This document shows, piece after piece, positions 41,460-50,541 of a stretch of 64,000 nt of DNA; positions within the stretch are counted from its first letter, which is position 1; each line of letters begins with the position of its first letter. The stretch is from Oscillospiraceae bacterium (GTDB lineage Bacteria; Bacillota; Clostridia; Oscillospirales; Oscillospiraceae), in contig JAFQUN010000108.1 of NCBI GenBank assembly GCA_017408525.1, forward strand, positions 2,739-66,738, in the 5' to 3' direction. The notes under the pieces are model-generated. The model saw only the letters and a program-made list of their open reading frames with translations. It was not told the origin of the DNA and ran no database searches. The position numbers and the translations under genes were made by a program.

Positions 41460-41983
41460 AGCACCGCAAAGAGATCGCTTGCAAGGAGCAGTATTGGAAG
41501 GCTGTCGCACCCATTTTCGATATGCTGGAGCGGGAGAAGGAGAGGGGAACGAGGTGGTCCGAGCTGCGGGATAAGGCGGGCGAGGTCTACCTTCCCCTGC
41601 TACAGGCATTTTTGGATGAGGTGGAAAGAGTCTATAAGCGGGACCGTGGTGTGGCGGTTCGAATGTTTACATATTTGGTCGGTACCAGGGACTATTATAA
41701 GATCATCGGTCGTGACAAGAAAAGAAGGACGGAGGTATATGCCTTCAATCTCCGTGAAACATTGAACGGGGAAAAGGTGGATACGCCAACGAAGATCCTT
41801 GACATGGGAGTTAAGAAGAAAAGCAAAACAACTGCGGAGATATACATGGATAACGGCTGGGCGTTCAGCTTCAGGCTGCACAGTGCAGACGGCAGGATCA
41901 AGCCGAGCTTAAAATTCGACGTGCGTTTTATCTCAAAGCCAGACTCGGTCCTAAGTATTCAACGCAAATGGGAAAAGGGATGA
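41460..41983 (+). pseudogene. N-terminally truncated gene remnant, possibly the C-terminal half of a HaeIII-family type II restriction endonuclease
   Basis: The reading frame runs straight out of the tRNA/terminator with no credible start; the first ATG is at 41522. The YWKAVAPIFDMLEREKERGTRWSEL...VYLPLLQAFLDEVERVY...DYYKII...NGWAFSFRLHSADGRIKPSLKFDVRF pattern reminds me of RE_HaeIII proteins. This is unverified recollection. Confidence 0.3.
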
Positions 41984-42011
41984 AGGCGCCCGCGATAAGG
42001 GGAGGATGAAT

Positions 42012-42677
42012 ATGAAAAATTTCACAAGATGGATCGCCTGCTTTGCCGCAAGCATGGTCCTCTGCGGCGCATCAGTGCTTGCGGTGGAGGAAATGCCGGA
42101 GCAGGAAACGCAGGAGGTACCGGCAAGCAGCTATGCCGATATTTCCGAGACGGACAGCTTTTATGATGCCGTGCAGTATGTGAGTGAAAACGGTCTTATG
42201 AGCGGTGTTGGCGGGGGACGCTTTGCGCCGGATGCACACACTGACCGCGCGACGCTCGCCGTCGTTTTGTGGAGGCTTGCGGGCGAACCGGTGGTGAACT
42301 ATGCCATGCGTTTTTCCGACGTTGCGGAGGATATGTGGTACACCGAGGCTGTCCGCTGGGCAGCGTCGTGCGGCATCGTGACGGGATACGACGATGTGAC
42401 CTTTGCCCCGCGCGATGTGCTCACGCGCGAACAGCTCTGCACGATGATCTACCGCTATGAGCAGTACATGGGCGGCGGATTTTCCGGCGCGTGGATGTTT
42501 TTGCTCGCCTACCCCGATGCGGCGGAGATCTCCGAATGGGCGTACGAGGCGGTGTGCTGGCTGAGTATGCATCAGGTGACCGCACCTACCGATGCGCCGC
42601 TCCTTCCGAAAGGCGGCGTTCCGCGCGGCGAGCTTGCGCAGATGCTTGCGCTTTACGCGCAGATCGCGAGCAGGTGA
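42012..42677 (+). CDS. Secreted SLH-domain protein
   Basis: Signal peptide followed by three SLH-like repeats (YADISETDSFYDAVQYVSENGLMSG..., FSDVAEDMWYTEAVRWAASCGIVTGY..., YPDAAEISEWAYEAVCWL...). An alternative ATG lies at 42006. Confidence 0.8.
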   Translation: MKNFTRWIACFAASMVLCGASVLAVEEMPEQETQEVPASSYADISETDSFYDAVQYVSENGLMSGVGGGRFAPDAHTDRATLAVVLWRLAGEPVVNYAMRFSDVAEDMWYTEAVRWAASCGIVTGYDDVTFAPRDVLTREQLCTMIYRYEQYMGGGFSGAWMFLLAYPDAAEISEWAYEAVCWLSMHQVTAPTDAPLLPKGGVPRGELAQMLALYAQIASR

Positions 42678-42682
42678 GCGTT

Positions 42683-43861
42683 ATGCAGTACAGGTCGGAT
42701 AAATACGGAAACCACCTCTCCGCGCTCGGCTTTGGCTGTATGCGTTTTCCGATGAAGCTGGGGCATATCGACATCGAAGAGACGGAGCGGGAGATCATGG
42801 CTGCCATAGAAGGCGGCGTGAACTACTTTGACACGGCGTATATTTATGGCGGAAGCGAGGCGGCGCTCGGCGAGATATTGGAGCGCAATGGCGCTCGTGA
42901 CAGGGTATATATCGCAACGAAGCTGCCGCACTATCTTATCAAGAGCCGCGAGGGATTGGAAAAGCTCTTTTCGGAGGAGCTTCGCCGTCTGCGCACAGAT
43001 CATGTCGACTACTATCTCATGCATATGCTGACCGATACCGACACATGGGCGCGGCTTTGCGCGCTCGGCATTGAGGAGTGGCTCGCGGAAAAGCAGTCGA
43101 GCGGCGCGATCAGACAGGTCGGGTTCTCCTATCACGGAAATTCCGATATGTTTTGCAGGCTGCTCGATGCGTACGACTGGGATTTTTGTCAGATCCAGTA
43201 CAATTACATGGATGAGCACTCGCAGGCGGGACGGCGTGGTTTGCACTATGCTGCCGAAAAGGGAATCCCCGTTGTCATCATGGAGCCGCTTCGCGGCGGC
43301 AAGCTTGTAAAGCGTCTGCCGGAGGAGGCGCGGCGTATCTTTGCGGAATATAAGACGCAATATACGCCCGCACAGTGGGCGTTCCGCTGGCTTTGGAACC
43401 AACCGGAAGTCACAGTGGTACTCTCGGGCATGAATTCGATGGAAATGGTGCGTGAGAATATGGCGACCGCCTGCGATGCGCAGGTGGGTGCGCTCGGCGC
43501 GGAGGAGGAAGAGATGCTCCGGCGTGTGGTGCGCGCGATCAACGCACGGATGAAGGTCGGCTGCACGGGCTGCGGGTACTGTATGCCATGCCCGAAAAAC
43601 GTCGACATCCCGGGGACATTTGCCGCCTACAACCGCCGCTATCAGGAGGGGAAGTTCTGGGGGCTTGTTGACTATGCGATGTGTACGATGCTGCGGAAAA
43701 ATTCGACCGCCGCATCGAACTGCGTGGGGTGCGGCAAGTGCGAACAGCACTGTCCGCAAGGCATCCCCATCCGCGAAAAGCTGCGCGAGGCGCAAGGTGA
43801 ACTGGAAGGTCCTGTTTACAAGACGGCGCGTAAAATTGCCGGCAAGATCGTAAAATTCTGA
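42683..43861 (+). CDS. Aldo/keto reductase with a C-terminal 4Fe-4S cluster-binding domain
   Basis: 392 aa. AKR motifs GFGCMRF, NYFDTAYIYGGSE and YYLMH. The C-terminus has CTGCGYCMPCP and CVGCGKCEQHCP ferredoxin motifs. Confidence 0.85.
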   Translation: MQYRSDKYGNHLSALGFGCMRFPMKLGHIDIEETEREIMAAIEGGVNYFDTAYIYGGSEAALGEILERNGARDRVYIATKLPHYLIKSREGLEKLFSEELRRLRTDHVDYYLMHMLTDTDTWARLCALGIEEWLAEKQSSGAIRQVGFSYHGNSDMFCRLLDAYDWDFCQIQYNYMDEHSQAGRRGLHYAAEKGIPVVIMEPLRGGKLVKRLPEEARRIFAEYKTQYTPAQWAFRWLWNQPEVTVVLSGMNSMEMVRENMATACDAQVGALGAEEEEMLRRVVRAINARMKVGCTGCGYCMPCPKNVDIPGTFAAYNRRYQEGKFWGLVDYAMCTMLRKNSTAASNCVGCGKCEQHCPQGIPIREKLREAQGELEGPVYKTARKIAGKIVKF

Positions 43862-43899
43862 AAAATCCGCCGCAAGCTTTGGCTTGCGGCGGATTTTTG
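43861..43899. terminator. Bidirectional terminator between the AKR gene and apgM
   Basis: AAAAATCCGCCGCAAGC-TTTG-GCTTGCGGCGGATTTTT. Confidence 0.85.
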
Positions 43900-43900
43900 G

Positions 43901-45145
43901 TCACTGCCCGAGTGCGGATTTTTCAAAGAGAATGTCGAGAAGGCGCGCGCCGTTTACGGTGTGGGGCGATGCATCACCGTGCGCCTCATCATACGCTGCG
44001 CCGCATTTTGTGTCGATGCGGCTGTCGTAAATGAGGAACGGTACCGTGCCGCCGGCGTGTCCGCGCGTTGCGGTGAGCGTTTTGTGGTCGCTGAGGATCA
44101 GCACGCGGTAGTCCTCGCCCTTTTCGTCAAGGCGGGAGAGAAGCGGCGCAACAAGGCGGCTGTCAAGCCACTCGATCGCCTGCAATTTCCCCGGAAGGTC
44201 GCCGTTGTGCGTGCATTCGTCGGGCGCTTCAAGGTGCAAACACAAAAAATCGTGCTTTTGCAGAACGTCCCACGACGCTTCAAGTTTGCCCTCAAAATTG
44301 GTGTCGATTTCACCGGTCGCGCCTTCAACTTCGATCATTTCAAGTCCGCGCAGAACGCCGATACCCTGACAGATGGGAACTGCCGCAACAACAGCGCCGG
44401 TGCAGTGATAGTCGTCCACAAACGAGGGGAGCAGCATGGCGCTGCCTGCCGCCCAGAACCAAACGCCGTTTGCGCCCATTTTACCTGCCGCGCGGCGCGC
44501 CTTTGTAACGGGATGGTTTTCAAGCGCGGCATGGGCAAGACGCTGGAGATTTACAAAAACCTCCGCCTGCGCGTCATCACTCGGGAGCAGTCCACCGCAC
44601 TTTTCGCCCAGATGGTCGTGCGGCGGGATGAATTTCACGCCGCATTTTCCCACACCGTGCTGCACCACAAGCGGGCGGAACGTCGGCGAGGGGAAAAGCT
44701 CCATATTTGCCTCACGCAATGCGGCGGAGAAGGCAGGGTCGGATTTAAGCGCGCTGCAAACTGCGAGTGCATCCTCGCCTGCGATCGAGCCTGCCGAGTG
44801 GGAGAGGATGCGCTTTTCCTCATAGGGCATATCGCCCTCATCCATTGCGATAAGGTTGCAGCGGTAGCAAACATCACCCTCGCGCAGCGCAACGCCAAGT
44901 GCGGCAGCCTCCATCGGGGAGCGTCCCGTAAAATAGCGCAGCGGGTCGCAGCCGAAGATGGAGAGGATCGCCGTTTCGCTTCCGGCAGGCAGCGGCGGCG
45001 GGCAGTTGACCGCCGCGCCGATGATGCCCTGTGCAGCAAGGCGGTCGATCGTCGGCTTTTTTGCTGTTTGCAGCGGTGTTTTGCCGCCAAGTGAGGCGAC
45101 CGGCTCATCCGCCATGCCGTCACCGATGATAAGAAGATATTTCAT
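43901..45145 (-). CDS. apgM: Cofactor-independent phosphoglycerate mutase, ApgM type (alkaline-phosphatase superfamily)
   Basis: 414 aa. MKYLLIIGDGMADEPVASLGGKTPLQTAKKPTIDRLA is the canonical family N-terminus. Metal ligands ...HLEAPDECTHNGD...SDH. Confidence 0.8.
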   Translation of the reverse strand: MKYLLIIGDGMADEPVASLGGKTPLQTAKKPTIDRLAAQGIIGAAVNCPPPLPAGSETAILSIFGCDPLRYFTGRSPMEAAALGVALREGDVCYRCNLIAMDEGDMPYEEKRILSHSAGSIAGEDALAVCSALKSDPAFSAALREANMELFPSPTFRPLVVQHGVGKCGVKFIPPHDHLGEKCGGLLPSDDAQAEVFVNLQRLAHAALENHPVTKARRAAGKMGANGVWFWAAGSAMLLPSFVDDYHCTGAVVAAVPICQGIGVLRGLEMIEVEGATGEIDTNFEGKLEASWDVLQKHDFLCLHLEAPDECTHNGDLPGKLQAIEWLDSRLVAPLLSRLDEKGEDYRVLILSDHKTLTATRGHAGGTVPFLIYDSRIDTKCGAAYDEAHGDASPHTVNGARLLDILFEKSALGQ

Positions 45146-45165
45146 AGTGTTTTCCTCCGGTGCTG

Positions 45166-47214
45166 TCAGTTCAGCGCACCCTGCTGCGCGGCGAAAAGCT
45201 CCGCAATGCGTGTGCGCAGTGTGTCATATTTTGAAAGCGCCGCATCGCGCGCAAGGATGTCCTCGGCGGCGCGGGTCGCCTCTGTCAAAAGCTGCATGTC
45301 ACAGGAAAGGTCGGCGACTTTGAGCGCGGGAAGCCCGTGCTGGCGCGCGCCGAAAAAATCGCCCGGTCCCCGAAGACGAAGGTCCTCCTCGGCGAGCTTG
45401 AAGCCGTCGCGTGTTTTGCACATTGCCTCAAGCCGCGCACGGCATTCGGGTGAATCGTTGTCGGAAACAAGGATGCAGTGCGAGCTGTGCTGCCCGCGCC
45501 CGACGCGTCCGCGCAGCTGATGAAGCTGCGAAAGACCGAAGCGTTCGGCGTTTTCGATGAGGATGACCGTCGCGTTCGGAACGTCCACGCCGACCTCGAC
45601 CACGGTGGTGGAGACGAGGATATCGATCTCGCCGCCCGCAAAGGCGCGCATGATGCGCTCTTTTTCCGCACTTTTCATCCGCCCGTGCAGCGCGGCGACG
45701 TGAAGATCGGGGAATACCTCGCCGGAGAGCTGCTCGGCATAGGCGGTGACGGCTTTGCGCTCGTCAGGAAGCTCGTCATTCTCCTCGACCATCGGGCAGA
45801 TGATGTAGCCCTGTCTGCCGTCTTTGATCTGTTTTTTCAAAAACGCGTAGATGCGCGGACGGTACGAAGTCGGTACGGCGTAGGTCGAAATACTTTGCCG
45901 CCCGGGAGGCAGCTCGTCGAGGACGGAAACGTCGAGATCACCGTAGATGATGAGCGCAAGCGTGCGCGGGATGGGCGTTGCGCTCATAACAAGAATGTGT
46001 GGATGCGCACCCTTTTGCCAAAGCGCTGCGCGCTGCTGTACACCGAAGCGGTGCTGCTCGTCGGTGACAACGAGCCCAAGTGCGCGGTAGGAGACCTGCT
46101 CGGAGATGAGTGCGTGCGTGCCGATGAGAACATCGATCTCACCTGCGGCAAGGTCGGCAAGAAGCTTGCGCTTTTGCGGTGCGCGCATACTGCCTGTTAA
46201 AAGTGCGCAGCGGATGCCGAGCGTATCAAAAAGCGGCGCAAGGGAGGTATGGTGCTGCGCGGCAAGGATCTCCGTCGGTGCCATGAGCGCCGCCTGATGC
46301 CCGTTCCGGACGGCGAAATAAATCGCCGCCGCCGCGACCATCGTCTTGCCGGAGCCGACATCGCCCTGACAAAGGCGGTTCATCGGACGCGCGGCGCACA
46401 TATCGCGCAAAATCTCCTCCACGCAGCGCGACTGCGCGCCGGTGAGCGAGAAAGGGAGTGCGGCGTAAAACGGCGACATATCGACCGCGCCGCACCTTGG
46501 CGGTGTAACTTCGGCGCGGTGCGCGCGCACAAGACGCAGCGCGAGCGAGAGGATGAAAAGCTCCTCAAACACAAATCGACGCCGCGCGATGGAAAGCGAT
46601 TCGAAAGAATCGGGGAAATGGATATTTTCGTAGGCAAAGCCGATGTGACAGAGGTTGTGCGCCTGCCGCAGCTCATCGGGGAGGGGATCGGTCAGCGCGC
46701 CCATGCAATCGTCAAGACCCTGGCGCACCGTGCGGAGGAGAAAGCTTTGCCCAAGTCCCGCTGTGAGCGGGTAGATCGGGACAATGCGCCCTGTTACCTG
46801 CGCGGCGTCCTCGCGCTCGAAGACGGGGTTTGCCATTTGGCGCTGTGTGCCGTTTATTTCGGCTTTTCCGTAAAAAGTATATGTCTCGCCGTGGTGCAGT
46901 GCATCGCGGATATAAGCTTGGTTGAAAAACGTAAGATAGAGCGAACCGGTCGCGTCCACAACGCGCACTTTCACAAGCTCCAGACCCCGCCGCACACGGT
47001 GAAGTGTCGGCGGCTGGGCGACCATCGCGCGCACGCAGGCAGTTTCGCCCGCTTCAAGGGAGGCGATGGTGCGCATAGCTGTGCGGTCGTCGTAGGCGCG
47101 CGGAAAGCAGGAGATGAGAGATTTGAGGTCGGTGATGCCGAGCTTTGCAAGCGCGCGGGCGCGCTGCTCCCCAACGCCGCGAAGATAGCGTACATCAGCG
47201 TCAAGCTCGCGCAT
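45166..47214 (-). CDS. recG: ATP-dependent DNA helicase RecG
   Basis: 682 aa. Wedge domain plus helicase motifs GDVGSGKT, TDEQHRFGV, MSATPIPRT and QLHQLRGRVGRG. Confidence 0.92.
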   Translation of the reverse strand: MRELDADVRYLRGVGEQRARALAKLGITDLKSLISCFPRAYDDRTAMRTIASLEAGETACVRAMVAQPPTLHRVRRGLELVKVRVVDATGSLYLTFFNQAYIRDALHHGETYTFYGKAEINGTQRQMANPVFEREDAAQVTGRIVPIYPLTAGLGQSFLLRTVRQGLDDCMGALTDPLPDELRQAHNLCHIGFAYENIHFPDSFESLSIARRRFVFEELFILSLALRLVRAHRAEVTPPRCGAVDMSPFYAALPFSLTGAQSRCVEEILRDMCAARPMNRLCQGDVGSGKTMVAAAAIYFAVRNGHQAALMAPTEILAAQHHTSLAPLFDTLGIRCALLTGSMRAPQKRKLLADLAAGEIDVLIGTHALISEQVSYRALGLVVTDEQHRFGVQQRAALWQKGAHPHILVMSATPIPRTLALIIYGDLDVSVLDELPPGRQSISTYAVPTSYRPRIYAFLKKQIKDGRQGYIICPMVEENDELPDERKAVTAYAEQLSGEVFPDLHVAALHGRMKSAEKERIMRAFAGGEIDILVSTTVVEVGVDVPNATVILIENAERFGLSQLHQLRGRVGRGQHSSHCILVSDNDSPECRARLEAMCKTRDGFKLAEEDLRLRGPGDFFGARQHGLPALKVADLSCDMQLLTEATRAAEDILARDAALSKYDTLRTRIAELFAAQQGALN

Positions 47215-47240
47215 ACCGCGTACCTCCCCTCAAACCGGTG

Positions 47241-47723
47241 TTACTTCCCCTCTGCACGGATGTAGTCAACAAATTGATAGCGGACACCGTCCTCGCACAA
47301 AACCTCGCCCGACTGCTCGATGCGCCATGCGTCATCGGCGTCAAGATTCGGGAAAAAACGGTCACTTTTGATCGGTGCAAAGATCTTCGTCACGCGCACG
47401 CGCGTGCAGTACGGTAAAAGCGCGCGGTAAACGCTTGCCCCGCCGATGACAAAGGCATCGTCACCTGCAAGCGCGGCGGCTTCCTCGGCGCTGTGGGCAA
47501 CGAGGGCGCCGTCGATGGGGGCACTGCGATGGGTGAGGACAATGTTGCGGCGGTTTTTAAGCGGTTTGCCGTTTGGGAGATCGGCAAGCGTCTTGCGCCC
47601 GACGATGACCGTGCCGCCGCCGGTCAGCGTCTTGAACCGCGCGCGGTCGGCAGCGACGACGAGCGGCTGCGTGCCCTCCGCGCCGATGCCCCAATCTTCA
47701 AATACGGCGACGATCGCCTCCAT
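47241..47723 (-). CDS. folA: Dihydrofolate reductase
   Basis: 160 aa from MEAIVAVF behind an AAGGAGG RBS. The pattern ...TVIVGRKT...PLKNRRNIVLT...FVIGGASVY is present. Confidence 0.88.
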   Translation of the reverse strand: MEAIVAVFEDWGIGAEGTQPLVVAADRARFKTLTGGGTVIVGRKTLADLPNGKPLKNRRNIVLTHRSAPIDGALVAHSAEEAAALAGDDAFVIGGASVYRALLPYCTRVRVTKIFAPIKSDRFFPNLDADDAWRIEQSGEVLCEDGVRYQFVDYIRAEGK

Positions 47724-47756
47724 GGAAAATGCGCCTCCTTGTAAAATCAAGCCGTA

Positions 47757-48587
47757 TCAGACGGCGACAGGGATCTTGTACTCAAATGGATGATGCTGAT
47801 AGTTCTCTACACTGAAACTGTCAACGGTGAAATCGTAGAAGTTATGTATGGACTTATCGATATGCAGCGTGGGCGCTTCGAGCGGCTCGCGCTCGATGAT
47901 CTCGCGCACGATAGGGATATGGCGGTCGTAGATATGCGCGTTTGCGATCACGTGGACAAGCTCGCCCGGCTCGAAGCCGTAGGCGGAGGCGAGCGCGTAG
48001 ACAAGCAGACTGTACTGCACGACGTTCCAGTTCGACGCGGTGAGCATATCCTGCGAGCGCTGGTTCAAAACGGCATTGAGCCGGTTTCCGGAGATGTTGA
48101 AGGTCATCGAATACGCGCACGGGTAGAGCGCCATCTCGCTCAAATCATGGGCGTTATACATATTGGTCATGATGCGGCGGGAGGCAGGGTCGTTTTGAAG
48201 CTGCCAGATCACGCGGTCAACCTGGTCCATGTCACCTTCGGGATAGTGGTGCTTGACACCCATCTGGTAGCCGTACGCCTTGCCGATGCTGCCGCTTTCG
48301 TCCGCCCACGCGTCCCAGATGCGCGTTTTGAGGTCGTGGACATTGTTGCTCTTTTTCTGCCATATCCACAAAAGCTCCTCCCACGCCGAGCGCCAGTAGG
48401 TGCGCCGCAGCGTGAGGATGGGAAATTCCTGCGAGAGGTCATAGCGGTTGACAACACCGAACTTTGCGATGGTGTGCGCGCTCGCGCCGTCGTCCCACTT
48501 CGGACGGACATTCTGCCCCTCGTCGGAGATGCCGTTTTCAAGGATGTCACGGATGTTTGCAATGAACACTTTATCGGCGTAGCTCAT
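47757..48587 (-). CDS. thyA: Thymidylate synthase (ThyA)
   Basis: 276 aa. ...ELLWIWQ...IWDAWA...GKAYGYQ...CAYSMTFN...LNQRSQDM... are typical ThyA blocks. Confidence 0.9.
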   Translation of the reverse strand: MSYADKVFIANIRDILENGISDEGQNVRPKWDDGASAHTIAKFGVVNRYDLSQEFPILTLRRTYWRSAWEELLWIWQKKSNNVHDLKTRIWDAWADESGSIGKAYGYQMGVKHHYPEGDMDQVDRVIWQLQNDPASRRIMTNMYNAHDLSEMALYPCAYSMTFNISGNRLNAVLNQRSQDMLTASNWNVVQYSLLVYALASAYGFEPGELVHVIANAHIYDRHIPIVREIIEREPLEAPTLHIDKSIHNFYDFTVDSFSVENYQHHPFEYKIPVAV

Positions 48588-48748
48588 GGTGGTAGCCTCC
48601 CTTGTACTGCGTGCTGCTTGCTAAACATTATAGCACCGCGGAGGCGGCAAAGAAAGAGGGTCGGCGAAAAAAATGCGCGCGCCATATCTTGTCAAAACTG
48701 CACAAGTGACGTATGATAGAGGGCGAAACCGACGCAAAAGGAGGGTGC

Positions 48749-50113
48749 ATGGTGCATCACGAAATTTCAAAAACGACCGATTTTTCGGACCGCGAGCTTG
48801 TTGCCCTCATCCTCCCGCTCCTTTTGGAACAGCTCCTTGCCATCACCGTCGGTCTTGCCGATACGATGATGGTCGCAACGGCGGGCGAGGCGGCAGTTTC
48901 GGCTGTTTCGCTCATCGATGCGATCGGAAATCTGATGATCTATGTTTTCTCCGCGCTTGCAACGGGCGGCGCGGTCATCGCAGGACAGTATATCGGACGG
49001 CGTGAGAGTGAGCGCGCATGCGAGTCCGGCGTACAGCTGATGGTCCTGCTTGCAGTCAGCTCTGCGGTGCTCGCGGCGCTCATGTATATTTTCCAAGATG
49101 CCATTTTGACGGTGCTTTTCGGCAAGGTCGAGCCGGCTGTCATGGAAAACTGCGTCACCTACTACTCCATCGTGACCGCGTCCATTCCCGTTATTGCGCT
49201 CTATAACGGCGCGGCGGCGCTTTTTCGCACGATGGGGAGATCGGACATATCGCTGTGGGTCTCGCTTTTGATGAACGTTTTGAACGTTGCGGGGAACGCC
49301 ATTTTGATCTTTGGCTTTGACATGGGCGTTGCAGGTGTTGCGATCCCCACACTTGTCTCGCGCGCCGTCGCGGCGGGGGTGATCCTTTTTCTGCTTTGCA
49401 GCGACGAATACCCCATCAACCTTCGCGCGCTTCGTCACTATCGGTATGATGGCGGGCATATCCACAGCATTTTGTGCATCGCCGTGCCGAGCGGCATCGA
49501 AAACGGGATGTTCCACTTCGGGCGGCTCATTCTCGTCGGACTTGTCGCGACGTTTGGAACGGCGTCCATCACGGCAAATGCCATCGGAAACACGGTCGCC
49601 ACTTTCCACTGTTTTGTCGGACAGGCGATCGGACTGGGACTTTCAACGGTCGTAAGCCGCTGCGTGGGCGCACTTGATTACGAAAAAGCCCGCTACTACA
49701 CGCGCCGCCTTGTAAAGGCGTGTTATGTGCTGATGCTTGGCGTGAACATCGTGCTTTTGCTCCTGATCCCGCTGACGCTGCGCCTTTACAATGTTTCCGA
49801 TGAGAGCGCGCGTCTTGCAGCCATAGTGATGGCACTGCACGGAACGGCGTCGATCGTGCTGTGGACACCGGCGTTTGTCATCTGCAACACGCTGCGTGCG
49901 GCGGGCGATGCGCGCTTTACGATGCTTGTGAGCACGCTTACGATGTGGATCTTGCGTGTTGCGGGCGGGTATTTCATCAGTGTGCATCTGGGCTGGGGCA
50001 TCGTCGGCGTATGGTTTGCGCACTCCGTTCTCGATTGGACGGTACGCACGGCATTTTTCCTCGCGCGATACCGCAGCGACAGGTGGGAGCAGATCGATGT
50101 TTTGAAAGAATAA
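48749..50113 (+). CDS. MATE-family efflux transporter
   Basis: About 454 aa with 12 TM segments. The N-terminus LILPLLLEQLLAITVGLADTMMV is typical of MATE/NorM. The start at 48749 is preferred over 48713. Confidence 0.85.
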   Translation: MVHHEISKTTDFSDRELVALILPLLLEQLLAITVGLADTMMVATAGEAAVSAVSLIDAIGNLMIYVFSALATGGAVIAGQYIGRRESERACESGVQLMVLLAVSSAVLAALMYIFQDAILTVLFGKVEPAVMENCVTYYSIVTASIPVIALYNGAAALFRTMGRSDISLWVSLLMNVLNVAGNAILIFGFDMGVAGVAIPTLVSRAVAAGVILFLLCSDEYPINLRALRHYRYDGGHIHSILCIAVPSGIENGMFHFGRLILVGLVATFGTASITANAIGNTVATFHCFVGQAIGLGLSTVVSRCVGALDYEKARYYTRRLVKACYVLMLGVNIVLLLLIPLTLRLYNVSDESARLAAIVMALHGTASIVLWTPAFVICNTLRAAGDARFTMLVSTLTMWILRVAGGYFISVHLGWGIVGVWFAHSVLDWTVRTAFFLARYRSDRWEQIDVLKE

Positions 50114-50114
50114 G

Positions 50115-50159
50115 GCATCGGGAAAGGGGCATGACCTCTTTCCCGATGCGTTTTATTTT
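50115..50159. terminator. Hairpin terminator shared by the MATE gene and the convergent XRE gene
   Basis: GCATCGGGAAAG-loop-CTTTCCCGATGC followed by GTTTTATTTT. Confidence 0.75.
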
Positions 50160-50169
50160 GCCTAAATGC

Positions 50170-50397
50170 TCACTTATCGGAAATCGAACGGCTTCTGCAC
50201 GGGAATTTCAAGGGCTTGCGCAATGGAAAAATAACATCCAGCGAAACGGCACAGTCGCTGTTTTCGATCCTGGACATATGCGTTCGGCTGATGTCGATGA
50301 TGTCTGCCAGCTGCATCTGTGAAAGCCCCTTTTCCTTGCGATAATAGGTGATGTTGAGACCGAGCTTTTTGTACTGCTCAAAATGCTTTCTTTCCAT
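50170..50397 (-). pseudogene. Small XRE-family HTH gene with a probable frameshift in its C-terminal helix
   Basis: MERKHFEQYKKLGLNITYYRKEKGLSQMQLADIIDISRTHMSRIENSD... is a normal HTH_3 domain. After DVIF the annotated frame gives PLRKPLKFPCRSRSISDK. The neighbouring frame reads IAQALEIPVQKPFDFR-stop, the expected family C-terminus. The switch point is next to an A5/T5 run at 50227-50231. Confidence 0.6.
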
Positions 50398-50541
50398 AAG
50401 CGCACCTCCGTACAGTTTATAGCTTATGTAGAAAGTTGGTGCAAAGCGACAACGCATAAAATAGAAACTGCATGTGATATAATTCGAAATCATCAAAAGA
50501 ACAGGACGGCGCAAGCCGTCCTGTTCTTTTGAACAAATATC

